64,000 bases of DNA from positions 5,431-69,430 of the forward strand of contig JAZKYY010000010.1 of NCBI GenBank assembly GCA_045612365.1. The letters run 5' to 3'. This DNA comes from Paludibacteraceae bacterium. GTDB lineage: Bacteria; Bacteroidota; Bacteroidia; Bacteroidales; Paludibacteraceae. Made by a program: the position numbers and the translations under genes. Shown in pieces: positions 48,363 through 57,858 of the stretch (position 1 is its first letter; the number at the start of each line of letters is the position of its first letter). The notes under the pieces were generated by a model that worked only from the letters and a program-made list of their open reading frames with translations, did not search any database and was not told the DNA's origin.

Positions 48363-50099
48363 TTATTCTTTTGTCATACTACAATCAAAAAATCCAAGCA
48401 CCTCGGTAGAAACTTCGCCAAGCCAACCACTTTTGGTATTGACACCAGTTTGAATTTTGATGAAATCGATAAATTTCAAATCAACACTTTTGCCTTGTGC
48501 ATCGATTGCATTAGAAATTTTGAAATAATTTGCATTTGCATCGGCGTTTGCATTTGCATCATTTGTCAAACGATCGATGGAACTAAAATTGTCTGCATAA
48601 CCCCAATCGTATTCGGCATTGACCCAATATGAGCCGTTGCCCGACTTGTCGTAGTTGCGTGCTTCAAGGCAAGTGCCACGAAGTGTGTAAGAATTCTCTT
48701 CAATCCACATAGGGTAGTAGAAATCTTGATTGTGATACATTTTAAGGTAATCTATTTCACCGCTATTGCCTTGGTTGTCGGTCCATTGTACCGACATTTG
48801 TTTTGCACTTGGTCTATAGTAAGTTACGGCGTAATTCTGAATAGTTGATTCCTTGCCTGTTTCCGAACCACGAAGTTCGTACCAGTTGTCGTTAGGAAGC
48901 CCGTCGCCATTTTCGTCTTGCATCACCCACACAATACCCGGTTCCGATGATCCTGAGAATGAGTTGCCAAGCACACCAAAGTCATATCCACCAGTATTGT
49001 CGATGCTGTGATCGAATCCTACTACGATGTAACCACCAAATCCACCTAGTGAAACCCAATTGTTAGACGAAAGTCGAGCTTCTGCATACGCAATGGCTGC
49101 TTGTAGCGTGCTTTGATTGCCGTCAAAACCTCCTGTCTTAAGTTCGTTGATGAATTGTCCCGGAGCAGGAATGTATTCGTAAACTTTATTCCAATTGGCT
49201 GATGAGTTTTCTGTTTTTGCACGATAGTTTAAGTCCTCTGGAGAAATTACGTTCACCGTAAGCGTTTGCGTGAGTGATTCTTCTTTTTCGCCACGCACAA
49301 TATTGGCTGTAACGGTTACTTCGTGTTTCCCAACTTGTGTTAGGTTGCACATCCAAGTTTGTTTCGTTCCTTCTTGAATAATGTTTTCTCCAACCTTGAA
49401 ACAGAATGTAGCATTCTCTAAATTCTGCGTTTCGGTAGGTCCAACTTCAATTACGCGACCAGCTACCAATTGATAGTCGGTTTGCAAAAATTGCCATGAG
49501 ATAGGTGCAAATTCCACAACCTCTATTTTGATTTCAACTTTGTCTGCTCCGTCTTCATTTTTTGCTTCGAAAACCAATGTATAAATGCCTAGTTCTTTGG
49601 CTAAAAATGTATATGACAGCTCACTGCTTACACTTTGGTCGTTTAGTTTCCAATCGTAGGTTGTCGGGATAGAAGTTTTTCTGACCAAAGCATTCAGGGT
49701 TATTTTGCCATCTAAGGCTAAAATGAATCCGTTTTCTGCTCCTGCAACCGATACCGTAGGGATTTCGAGTTCTACCACGTCGATGCGAATTTCACGCTTG
49801 TCTTCTCCATTTTCGGTTTCAACTTTTATGGTAATGTAAAATTGCCCTAACTCTTTGCTACAAAACTCGAGCGTAGGGTCGATGCCAATAATAGAATCGT
49901 TGATGCTCCATGTGTAGATAGCATTTTGTGCGTATTCGTAATTAGGAACAATGGTTATTGTTCTCCCAATTTTAGTAGAATAAACTCCCGATTTGTTCTC
50001 GAAAGTTATTTTTGGAGGATTGTCAACGGTAATTTCCTCATCGATATTACACGATGAAAAGGCAAGAATAATGGCACTGAATAGAAGTAATTTTTTCAT
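48363..50099 (-). CDS. Surface lipoprotein with three PKD/Ig-like repeats and a C-terminal globular domain
   Basis: Lipobox 'AFSSC' and three ~90-aa repeats ending '...EIRIDVVE', '...EIKIEVVE' and '...TLTVNV'. The C-terminal domain contains 'WVSLGGFGGYIVVGFDHSI' and 'GIVWVMQDENGDGLPND'. Confidence 0.6.
   Translation of the reverse strand: MKKLLLFSAIILAFSSCNIDEEITVDNPPKITFENKSGVYSTKIGRTITIVPNYEYAQNAIYTWSINDSIIGIDPTLEFCSKELGQFYITIKVETENGEDKREIRIDVVELEIPTVSVAGAENGFILALDGKITLNALVRKTSIPTTYDWKLNDQSVSSELSYTFLAKELGIYTLVFEAKNEDGADKVEIKIEVVEFAPISWQFLQTDYQLVAGRVIEVGPTETQNLENATFCFKVGENIIQEGTKQTWMCNLTQVGKHEVTVTANIVRGEKEESLTQTLTVNVISPEDLNYRAKTENSSANWNKVYEYIPAPGQFINELKTGGFDGNQSTLQAAIAYAEARLSSNNWVSLGGFGGYIVVGFDHSIDNTGGYDFGVLGNSFSGSSEPGIVWVMQDENGDGLPNDNWYELRGSETGKESTIQNYAVTYYRPSAKQMSVQWTDNQGNSGEIDYLKMYHNQDFYYPMWIEENSYTLRGTCLEARNYDKSGNGSYWVNAEYDWGYADNFSSIDRLTNDANANADANANYFKISNAIDAQGKSVDLKFIDFIKIQTGVNTKSGWLGEVSTEVLGFFDCSMTKE
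48529..48564. repeat. 18-nt tandem duplication (14-nt identical core 'tttgcatttgcatc' occurring twice)
   Basis: Read directly from the sequence. It encodes 'DANANADANAN' in the 578-aa lipoprotein. Confidence 0.9.
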
Positions 50100-50118
50100 T
50101 TTGCAAAGTTAATATTTA

Positions 50119-51129
50119 TTATTTGTCGAAACGCACTGCCACATCGTCGTATGCAAAGTAAGCAGGTATTGTAAGCCCGTAGGAGCCGCCCATATCTGCT
50201 GATGCGGACATATTGAATTCTACTTTCACAACCTCTCCAAGACTGGATAAATCCCATTTAGTCCAATCGAGAATAGGCGTTAGATTTTGAAAAAGATAGA
50301 AATCAACGGAAGAAGTTGGCTCGTCATCATCTTCGTTGGCATAACCATAAGCAGTAATTTTGAACCAGCTATCTTCAGTAGGCTCGGTATAGCTTCCACC
50401 AAAACTGTTACCAGCTTCGCTACCCACACCGTATAGAATTTGGTTGAGAGTATAGTTTGTGTTGGTTACATACATGTGGTCGATAACACGAGCTACTCCA
50501 TCTTCAAAGCTAAAACCTTGCAATTCGTTGGACATCGAAAAGAAATCAACATAACCAAAATGTACGGCAAAGTTATCGCCACTATGTCCACCATTGGTTG
50601 GAGTAGTAAGTTGTACGCAAAACCACCCTAAAGCAGCATCGTTTCCAGCATTATCTTTTACATAATCTTCTCCGTAAAATTGTGCAATAAGGGAGTTGCG
50701 ATCGGCATTTGTGTAGCCATACGATTTTGATGAATAATTAGAAATTGCATGTCCTCCCAAAGCATAATTCCAAGAAATGGTATGACAAAGGTTTGTGTTA
50801 TTTTCATCGCTCCAGTGGTAGTCGGTTGGATACATCACGTCTCCACCGTAAAGCATTGGACCGCCGTATTGTGGACTATCTACGAGGTCGCTCCAAGTAG
50901 AGATTGTTCCTGCTTCCAAGTCGTATTCTTCAAATTTTTTATCTTTATCTTCAAAAGTTAAAATACGAAGTTCGTAAGGAAGTTCTGGCTCTGCACGGCG
51001 AAAAGTTACACTATCTATATCAAGAATGTCATATTCACCGATGATTTCGCCATTTTTCCAAATAATCATTTGTGCTGAAACACTAATTGCTATGAATGCA
51101 AACACTAAAAATAAAATAGATTTTTTCAT
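50119..51129 (-). CDS. Secreted DUF4465-like protein (family seen in Bacteroidota B12 loci, by recollection)
   Basis: Signal peptide, plus 'LGGHAISNYS', 'VTNTNYTLNQILYG', 'WFKITAYGY', 'VDFYLF' and 'PAYFAYDDVAV', which match my memory of the DUF4465 pattern. Confidence 0.5.
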   Translation of the reverse strand: MKKSILFLVFAFIAISVSAQMIIWKNGEIIGEYDILDIDSVTFRRAEPELPYELRILTFEDKDKKFEEYDLEAGTISTWSDLVDSPQYGGPMLYGGDVMYPTDYHWSDENNTNLCHTISWNYALGGHAISNYSSKSYGYTNADRNSLIAQFYGEDYVKDNAGNDAALGWFCVQLTTPTNGGHSGDNFAVHFGYVDFFSMSNELQGFSFEDGVARVIDHMYVTNTNYTLNQILYGVGSEAGNSFGGSYTEPTEDSWFKITAYGYANEDDDEPTSSVDFYLFQNLTPILDWTKWDLSSLGEVVKVEFNMSASADMGGSYGLTIPAYFAYDDVAVRFDK

Positions 51130-51146
51130 GTTGTTTTTTCTTTTTA

Positions 51147-51644
51147 TTATTCTTTAATGAATTTTACAATTTCGGTGCCTACTTGTAGCAAATAAATACC
51201 GTTTGGCAATGTTGCTACCGATAGAGTTAATGTTTCGTTTTCGGTTTTTTCGTTGACGATGAAGTTCCCGTTTAGTGAGAAAATACGAATAACCTCACCT
51301 TGTTTGATTCCGTTGATGTGAAGAATCTCTTTAGTTGGGTTGGGGAAAATTGTTACCGAATGGTTGCTCACGTTTTCTAGTTCGACGGTAGAACCATTAT
51401 CGTCGTAGAATACGATTTGTTTGATGTCGTCGTACAAATTTCTTTCGGCAAGTAATGTTCCGTCGATACCTATAAGCCGGAAGCGTTCGTTTGCTCCGTC
51501 TATTTCCCATCTTGCAATGGCACTCACTTTTTCTTTATACTCTTCGCTCGACATGTATTCGATACGCATTGTGTTATCTGCCAATACATAACTCGCGAAA
51601 AGTGTCGCAATTGCTACTGTTGAAATAAAATGTTTTTTTCTCAT
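51147..51644 (-). CDS. Small secreted protein with a T9SS C-terminal sorting domain
   Basis: Signal peptide and a C-terminal 'VTIFPNPTKEILHINGI...IRIFSLNGNFI...LPNGIYLLQV...KFIKE' Por_Secre_tail pattern. Confidence 0.75.
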   Translation of the reverse strand: MRKKHFISTVAIATLFASYVLADNTMRIEYMSSEEYKEKVSAIARWEIDGANERFRLIGIDGTLLAERNLYDDIKQIVFYDDNGSTVELENVSNHSVTIFPNPTKEILHINGIKQGEVIRIFSLNGNFIVNEKTENETLTLSVATLPNGIYLLQVGTEIVKFIKE

Positions 51645-51650
51645 ATTTAT

Positions 51651-51698
51651 AAAAAATTAAAAGTCGTATCCTGCAACTTTTATACGCAAGGACACGAC
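51651..51698 (-). terminator. Hairpin plus U-run in the riboswitch expression platform
   Basis: The minus strand reads GUCGUGUCCUUGC-loop-GCAGGAUACGAC followed by UUUUAAUUUUUU, ending about 6 nt before the ATG of the first operon gene. Confidence 0.5.
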
Positions 51699-51847
51699 AT
51701 GAAAACATTATTATTCCAACGCTTTTTTATTGACGATAAACTTCACTTGGCATTTTTTTTAACCAGCGTTTACCTCTTCAATATGAATCGATAGAAAAAA
51801 ATAGTTTCGATTTTGCCCGTTATCCTGCGGTTTAAAATCATTTTTAC

Positions 51848-52015
51848 TGCAGCGAGGTAGGTCTTCTGACTTGTCCCATTTATTGCGCCTTCCCAGCATA
51901 TTTGCCAGTGGCAGACGGATGCAATAAATCTAAAAAAAGGACTCACAGCAACAGGTATTGTTTTGGATTTTCACCAAATTCCCTTTTCACTCTTTGTGAA
52001 GAAATCTTCCGTGAG
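51848..52015 (-). promoter_or_regulatory. Cobalamin (AdoCbl) riboswitch
   Basis: The minus strand reads '...AAAAGGGAATTTGGTGAAAATCCAAAACAATACCTGTTGCTGT...GTCTGCCACTGGCAAATATGCTGGGAAGGCG...AAGTCAGAAGACCTACCTCG'. This contains the conserved GGGAA/GGTGAAAATCC, GCCACTG and B12-box (AGUCAGAAGACCU) elements. Confidence 0.85.
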
Positions 52016-52033
52016 AGCTCCTCATTGCGGTGG

Positions 52034-52041
52034 CAAAGGTA
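52034..52041 (-). promoter_or_regulatory. Bacteroidota -7 promoter element driving the riboswitch operon
   Basis: The minus strand reads 'TACCTTTG', about 19 nt upstream of the riboswitch 5' end. Confidence 0.5.
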
Positions 52042-52435
52042 GTGAAGATTGCCGGAACTGACAAAGTGAATGGTTGTTTTTTCTCATTACTAAATTTTGT
52101 ACTATTTTTGCAGACAAGCAAAAGGTGTTTTGCTCATTTTTTTTAACAGCATTAGCTATTATTCGCAATCAAAACAAAAGCATCGGAAACTCTTGATTTG
52201 AACTAAAATCGAATAAAAAGCAATGGCGTGGTAGCTCGTTTTTTCTCGAACGGAGCATTCCGCATTACACAACATGATGTTAATGTTCGTGCCTAATAAG
52301 GTGTGAACATATTCTAGTTGTGTGGCGGGGTTTTCCGATGCTCCTCGCGATTGCGATAGAGAGGTTCACACCTTTCTCATTTTTTTCGTTCGGTGGGTAG
52401 TGGCGACTTTGGCAATGCACAAACCCATTTTTACT

Positions 52436-52675
52436 ATGAACGAAAACGAAATTCCACCACTGCACATTGGCAATCTGATAAGAGAGCAACTGCGACTACA
52501 ACGCCGCTCGGTGGCGTGGCTCGCCTCGCAAATTGGTTGCAAACGCGACAACGCGTACAAACTCCTGCGAAACTACTACATCACCACCGATACGCTGATG
52601 CGTATATCTCTCGCTTTGGATTACGACTTCTTTGCCGACCTCTCGGCTTACTTCCACAAACAGCAAAGTGTATAG
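52436..52675 (+). CDS. Small XRE-type helix-turn-helix protein
   Basis: 79 aa from 'MNENEIPPLHIGNLIREQLRLQRRSVAWLASQIGCKRDNAYKLL'. The start could instead be 52415. Confidence 0.6.
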   Translation: MNENEIPPLHIGNLIREQLRLQRRSVAWLASQIGCKRDNAYKLLRNYYITTDTLMRISLALDYDFFADLSAYFHKQQSV

Positions 52676-52740
52676 CAAAAGCATACGTTTTGTATAACGT
52701 TGATATACAATATCGTAATGAGTATAACTTTATTAACTTA

Positions 52741-52748
52741 TAATTTTG
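52741..52748 (+). promoter_or_regulatory. Bacteroidota -7 promoter element (TAnnTTTG)
   Basis: 'TAATTTTG' ends 48 nt upstream of the ATG at 52796. Confidence 0.4.
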
Positions 52749-52795
52749 TAGCATATAAATAACAACTAATTATTAATAATTTAAATTCAAAAAAA

Positions 52796-53401
52796 ATGAA
52801 AACAGTTAATTTCTTTACCATTTTGGTAGTTCTTTGTTTGATGACATCATGTTATACAACTCTTAGCGTAACAGAAACAATTACTCCAGAAAAGTATGCT
52901 AAAGACACTCACGATCATTTAGTTGGAAAAACTAAATCGGAAATTTTATCAGAGATGTCTGTTCCAGATCGTGTAATGGATGATGGTTTAGGAGGTGAGA
53001 TTTTAGTTTATGAGAAAAAAGAACAAGTAACAGAAACAAAAGGTAAGCAAACTTCTAGTTCAAGTACTAGAACATCTTATACGCCGCATAAGAATTACTA
53101 TACAGGTGGAGTATCAAATGTAACAGGTACTGGCTATACATCAACCTCCAATAGTATTAACACAAAATCTGTCACAAAGGAACGTAAAGATTATGTGAAT
53201 GCATATCTTAATAAGGAAGGAGTTTGTTATAAGGTAGATTCTGAAATATATCAACCTGCAGTGACGACAGAAAAATGTTATAAAAAACTTGATAAGGCTA
53301 TGTTATGGTGGTTGTGTCCTCCTTTTACATTTCCTGTTGGTATAGGAATGGCAATATGGTATCTTGTAGATAAAGATAAATTAAAACCATGTAACAAATA
53401 G
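52796..53401 (+). CDS. Hypothetical lipoprotein with a Ser/Thr-rich middle and a C-terminal hydrophobic helix
   Basis: Lipobox 'LMTSC' and C-terminal 'MLWWLCPPFTFPVGIGMAIWYLV'. Confidence 0.55.
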   Translation: MKTVNFFTILVVLCLMTSCYTTLSVTETITPEKYAKDTHDHLVGKTKSEILSEMSVPDRVMDDGLGGEILVYEKKEQVTETKGKQTSSSSTRTSYTPHKNYYTGGVSNVTGTGYTSTSNSINTKSVTKERKDYVNAYLNKEGVCYKVDSEIYQPAVTTEKCYKKLDKAMLWWLCPPFTFPVGIGMAIWYLVDKDKLKPCNK

Positions 53402-53537
53402 TTTTTTACTTCGCTTGTTTTCTCTTTATTTATGCTTTTTTCATTGTTAGAAAGCAATTTTGCGAACAGCATTTTATTAATTAGACAAAGTGTAAGTGTT
53501 TAGAAAGCAAGAGAATGACAATTGTAAAAATATTCTT

Positions 53538-53570
53538 AAAAGCAAAAACCGAAAGGTTTTTGCTTTTTTT
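53538..53570 (+). terminator. Rho-independent terminator
   Basis: Stem AGCAAAAACC/GGTTTTTGCT with a GAAA loop, followed by T7. Confidence 0.8.
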
Positions 53571-53748
53571 AATCTAAATTTTTCACAAAACATTTCGCCT
53601 CCATTAGTTGTTTTTATTGTACAGTTTTTCTTAATTATTCACAATAAAAAAAGGAGGTAACAATGAGACTTTCACACGTATTAGCATTCGTAGGCGGAGC
53701 AGTAGCCGGCGTTGCAGCAGGTATGCTTTTGGCGTTTTTTTGTTTAAA

Positions 53749-55539
53749 TTACTCAATCTCGCTTGTTTTTTCCTTAAGCCACGCTTTTTCTTCATCGGAT
53801 AAATGCGGAGCAATGCGTTCATAAACAGTTTTGTGATAAGCGTTGAGCCACGCTTTTTCGCTGTCCGAAAGCATTGTTTTGTTTATAGCGTTCTTGTCAA
53901 TTGGGCAGAGCGTAAGTGTTTCAAACGCAAGGAACTGACCAAAGTCATTCGATTCTTGCTCCACCACAGCCACTAGATTTTCAATTCGTATGCCATACTG
54001 ATTGGTGCGGTAAAGTCCGGGTTCGTTGGAAATAACCATGCCTTTTTTCAATATGGTGGGGTTGAGGCGTGGACTTATGTTTTGTGGCCCTTCATGTACA
54101 CAAAGAAAATGTCCTACGCCATGCCCAGTTCCGTGCCCGTAGTTCAAGGCTCTTTGCCACAGATACTGCCGAGCAAGAACATCTAGTTGCGCTCCACAAG
54201 TTCCATAAGGAAAAACTGCTTGTGATAATGCAATATGACCTTTTAGAACGAGTGTGAAATCAGTTTTTTGCTGTTCGGATATTTCTCCCAAAGCAATGGT
54301 GCGTGTAATGTCAGTTGTACCGTCAAAGTATTGTCCGCCGGAGTCGAGGAGCAAAAAGTTTTCGGGAGCGAGCGTTGCGTTGCTTTCCTCTGTTGCGGCA
54401 TAATGCACAATGGCTCCGTGGGCAGCATAACCTGCTATCGTATTGAAACTTTCGCCTGCAAAAAGTGCTTGTTCCGAACGGAAATCTTTTAGTTTTTCAG
54501 CAACCGAAAGTTCTGTTAAATGTTCTTTGGCAATAGATTCTTCCAACCACTTCAAAAACTTCACCATCGCTACTCCATCTCGCACCATTGCTGAACGAAT
54601 GCCCTGCAACTCTGTTTCATTTTTTATGCTTTTGGCATCAATCACCGCCGACGAGAGTTGCTTTTTCTGACAAGAGGCTTTCGTGTAAAGAGCAAAATTT
54701 ATTCGGTTAAAATCCAAAGCCAAAATGATTTCTTTAGGTAAATTGGCTAAAAAATCCTCAATTTTTGAATAGTCATAAACAACAATTCCGTCTTCAGAAA
54801 GTTGTAAGGCAACCTCTTGCGTTATTTTTTGCTGAGGTGTGAAGAGATAAGCTTGTTTTTCATCTACAAAAGCATAGGCAATGGCAACAGGATTAAAACT
54901 CACATCGTTGCCTCGGATATTGAAAAGCCAAGCTACCTCGTCGAGTCCTGAATAAAGAGCCGCGTTGCAACCGTTGTTTTTCAAAGTTTCGCGAATGTTC
55001 TCAATTTTGCTTTTTGCCGATTCTCCCGAAAATTTTTCGGGCAAACAAAAAATTGGTTCCAATGGCAACGGCGGACGATTTTCGGTCCAAATCTCACCTA
55101 TCAAATCGTAATCCGTATTGAGTTTGATTCCTTTTTGTTGCAACTGATTTTTCAAGTCTTCTACTGCAACAATAGAGAACATTTTGGGGTTTATAGCCAC
55201 GCTATCATTCCTTTTTAATGATTCTACAAGAAAGTTTGTAATGCTCGGAGTCTCTATTAAACTATCTTTGAACAGCCGTATTCTTGTGCCCGATAGTTGA
55301 TCGTCAGCTTGTAAAAAGTATCGAGAATCGGTCCACAGACCAGCGTCGTCAGTGGTAACCACCACCGTACCCGCCGATCCATTAAATCCGCTAATCCATT
55401 CGCGTTCTTTCCAATGATCGGGGCTGTATTCGCTTGCATGAGGATCGGTTCCGGGTATTATAACTGCGTCAATCGCTCGTTCATGCATCAATACTCGCAA
55501 TGCTTGTAAGCGTTGTTGTATGTTTATCGATGAAGACAT
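53749..55539 (-). CDS. pepP: Xaa-Pro aminopeptidase (M24B, aminopeptidase P family)
   Basis: 596 aa with a creatinase-like N-domain and the M24 metal-ligand motifs 'DSGGQY', 'YGHGTGHGVGHFLCVHEGP', 'ISNEPG' and 'IRIEN'. Confidence 0.92.
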   Translation of the reverse strand: MSSSINIQQRLQALRVLMHERAIDAVIIPGTDPHASEYSPDHWKEREWISGFNGSAGTVVVTTDDAGLWTDSRYFLQADDQLSGTRIRLFKDSLIETPSITNFLVESLKRNDSVAINPKMFSIVAVEDLKNQLQQKGIKLNTDYDLIGEIWTENRPPLPLEPIFCLPEKFSGESAKSKIENIRETLKNNGCNAALYSGLDEVAWLFNIRGNDVSFNPVAIAYAFVDEKQAYLFTPQQKITQEVALQLSEDGIVVYDYSKIEDFLANLPKEIILALDFNRINFALYTKASCQKKQLSSAVIDAKSIKNETELQGIRSAMVRDGVAMVKFLKWLEESIAKEHLTELSVAEKLKDFRSEQALFAGESFNTIAGYAAHGAIVHYAATEESNATLAPENFLLLDSGGQYFDGTTDITRTIALGEISEQQKTDFTLVLKGHIALSQAVFPYGTCGAQLDVLARQYLWQRALNYGHGTGHGVGHFLCVHEGPQNISPRLNPTILKKGMVISNEPGLYRTNQYGIRIENLVAVVEQESNDFGQFLAFETLTLCPIDKNAINKTMLSDSEKAWLNAYHKTVYERIAPHLSDEEKAWLKEKTSEIE

Positions 55540-56274
55540 TTACGCTATATTTCGTTCTTTTTTGATGGTTTCGTAGGCCTTTTGAATCTCTTTGAATTTT
55601 TCCTCTGCTTGTTTTTTTATCTCTTCGCCTAGGTTGTTCACTTTGTCGGGGTGGAACTTCATAGCCATTTTTCGATAAGCTTTTTTTAGTTCATCATCAG
55701 TGGCGTCTTTTGTGATGTTAAGCACTTTGTAAGCCCAATCTGTATTGGTTTTGCTTCCAATAAACATGGCTTTGATGGACTCAAAGTCGCTCTGCGAAAT
55801 AAGGTTGCGTGCTGCGGTATGAATAATGCTGATTTCGCTTTCGGAAACCGACCCATCGGCAGCGGCAATCATAAAAAGCAAATGCACAAGCTCGGTGCGT
55901 TGCGAGTAGTTGAAATAAAGGCTTGCTTGCTGCGATATTTCTGCAACGTTATAATTTTGCTTCAAGAACTCTTTCAGTAGTTGTAAAGCTTCCAACGCTC
56001 CTTCTTCTCCAAAAGTTTTTACAAGAAATTGTTTTACAACGTTCAACTCCGTTTTTTTTACGGTACCATCTGCTTTCATTACGCTTGCAAAAAGCAACAA
56101 TAGCACCATGCGGAAGTCATTTTGAACGGTTTGCCTTCTCGATGACGAGGAGGTAGTTTTGTATTCTTTTCCACCTGATAGCATCGAAGTCAAAACAACT
56201 CCAACTACAGCACCTATTGGTCCGCCCAAAACAAATCCAAGTCCTCCTGCGAAAAGATATTTTCCTAATGACAT
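55540..56274 (-). CDS. DjlA-like co-chaperone (TM helix, TerB-like domain, C-terminal J domain)
   Basis: Gly-rich TM '[19 protein letters not shown]', a TerB-like middle region, and a J-domain '[13 protein letters not shown]'. Confidence 0.8.
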   Translation of the reverse strand: MSLGKYLFAGGLGFVLGGPIGAVVGVVLTSMLSGGKEYKTTSSSSRRQTVQNDFRMVLLLLFASVMKADGTVKKTELNVVKQFLVKTFGEEGALEALQLLKEFLKQNYNVAEISQQASLYFNYSQRTELVHLLFMIAAADGSVSESEISIIHTAARNLISQSDFESIKAMFIGSKTNTDWAYKVLNITKDATDDELKKAYRKMAMKFHPDKVNNLGEEIKKQAEEKFKEIQKAYETIKKERNIA

Positions 56275-56341
56275 TTTTCTTTTATTATTTTTTTGTTTTG
56301 CGAAAATAGATTGTTTTTTGTAAAAACCTTTCTCCAAAAAG

Positions 56342-57682
56342 TTATAAATCCTTAACTAAAACCTTTTGTAAGGTTTTTAAGTGATTTTCTTTTGTTTCTA
56401 ACATTTTTTGCCAAATTTTTTCGGACAAATCGTTGTTTTTGAGTTTGAAATTTTCGTTCCCGATATTCTCGATTCGTTCAATAAGTAAAGCTAAAGTTAT
56501 TTTATGCGTATCAAGTGCAGGAACGTAAGTTTTTCGGTTGGCTTGTTCGATGTAAGTCTCGCGTACAATTTCGGTTTCGGTAAGCAACGCCAAAATGTCT
56601 TGCGTAAGTTTTATTGGAATGTTGTATTTGTTGGCAATGTCTTGATCGGAAACGGGCGATTCGTTGTTGTCGAAACGTACGATGATTTCTTTCAACACAA
56701 TGATTGTTGCATAATCTTTGAAACGGCGACTGATGTGTTTGGTCTCTTTTTCGAAATTATGAAATGCGATGTTTTGACTGACGTAGCTCAATTTTGCTCC
56801 GTATAGTACAATTACCCACGAAATTTGTAACCAAAATAGCAATAATGGCAAAAAAGCAAAACTTCCGTAAACGGCATTGTATTTCGTAAGATTTATTTGT
56901 CCTGTAATGTACAAGTATTGAAAAATTTGGAACAATGTTCCTGCTACAATCCCTGCAAAAAGTGCGTGAGTGAATCCCACTTTTGTGTTGGGGATGATGA
57001 TAAATATGATGGTAAATAAAATCCAATAGATGAAAAATGGCAACAACGTGATAAGCACTTTGTACACGCCCGAGAGAAAAATGTTTTCGGTGTGCTGCGT
57101 CATGTATTCGATGTATGGGTCTATCATGTTCGAAAGACTTGTGGCTATAACTATGAGCACTGGCACAAGCAACATCAGCGAAAAATAGGTAGTAAACTGA
57201 CGGATGAATGAACGCGATTTTTTTACATTCCAAACATCGTTGAAGTTATTTTCGATTTGGCGAAACATGCTCATCACCGACCACAGCAATACGGCAATAC
57301 CGATACCAACGAAAAGCCCGCCATGTGCTTGATCGAGGTAGTTGCTTACAAAATTCATAATGTAAGGTAACAGTTCTTGATTGGTGGCAAAAATGCTTGA
57401 CACGAAATTCTCGATGGAGTTTTGCACTCCAAAACCTTTGCCAATGGCAATGATGAGTGCCAAAATAGGCACAATGGCAAGCAACGTGTTGTAGGTAAGC
57501 GCTGATGCTTTTATCATCAAGTTGTCTTCGAAAAACTCTCGGAGTGAGAGAATCAATTTTTTGAGGAGCAGTATTGATAGGCGTTTCGACTTAGAGAGTT
57601 CGTTTTCAGTAATTCTCCAAATGTCTACAGTGAAAAATTTCCAAATGTTTAAAATTTTATCTTTGAATGATTTGTTTTCCAT
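56342..57682 (-). CDS. YihY/BrkB family membrane protein with a C-terminal soluble extension
   Basis: Six hydrophobic helices with the YihY layout ('[19 protein letters not shown]...'). The ATG at 57682 is preferred. Confidence 0.8.
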   Translation of the reverse strand: MENKSFKDKILNIWKFFTVDIWRITENELSKSKRLSILLLKKLILSLREFFEDNLMIKASALTYNTLLAIVPILALIIAIGKGFGVQNSIENFVSSIFATNQELLPYIMNFVSNYLDQAHGGLFVGIGIAVLLWSVMSMFRQIENNFNDVWNVKKSRSFIRQFTTYFSLMLLVPVLIVIATSLSNMIDPYIEYMTQHTENIFLSGVYKVLITLLPFFIYWILFTIIFIIIPNTKVGFTHALFAGIVAGTLFQIFQYLYITGQINLTKYNAVYGSFAFLPLLLFWLQISWVIVLYGAKLSYVSQNIAFHNFEKETKHISRRFKDYATIIVLKEIIVRFDNNESPVSDQDIANKYNIPIKLTQDILALLTETEIVRETYIEQANRKTYVPALDTHKITLALLIERIENIGNENFKLKNNDLSEKIWQKMLETKENHLKTLQKVLVKDL

Positions 57683-57826
57683 AAATGTCTGTTTTTTATT
57701 CCGTGTCAAAGTTACTACAAATTGAAAAATAACGGGTAAAATATGTTTTTTCGTTTGCTAAAAAAAATGAATAAAAATGCTTTTCTAGGTTTATTGATTT
57801 TATTTGCTTTTCGTTTGTGAAAAGCG

Positions 57827-57834
57827 TATTTTTG
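57827..57834 (+). promoter_or_regulatory. Bacteroidota -7 promoter element (TAnnTTTG)
   Basis: 'TATTTTTG' ends 25 nt upstream of the ATG at 57859. It lies inside the GTG-initiated extension used by the ORF track. Confidence 0.5.
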
Positions 57835-57858
57835 CACAAAATTCTTGATAATGTGAAT

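Noticed and set aside
52103-52145. Plus-strand 'TATTTTTG' promoter-like motif followed at once by an AGCAAAA/TTTTGCT hairpin and a T-run.
   Set aside because: A promoter directly abutting a terminator would yield a ~30-nt transcript. It is more likely a chance TAnnTTTG match in AT-rich DNA, so I did not annotate it.
52322-52743. Overlapping 117-aa, 116-aa, 64-aa, 62-aa and 69-aa ORFs around the HTH gene.
   Set aside because: Only the frame ending at 52675 gives a coherent HTH fold from M(52415/52436). The others are GC-driven alternative frames.
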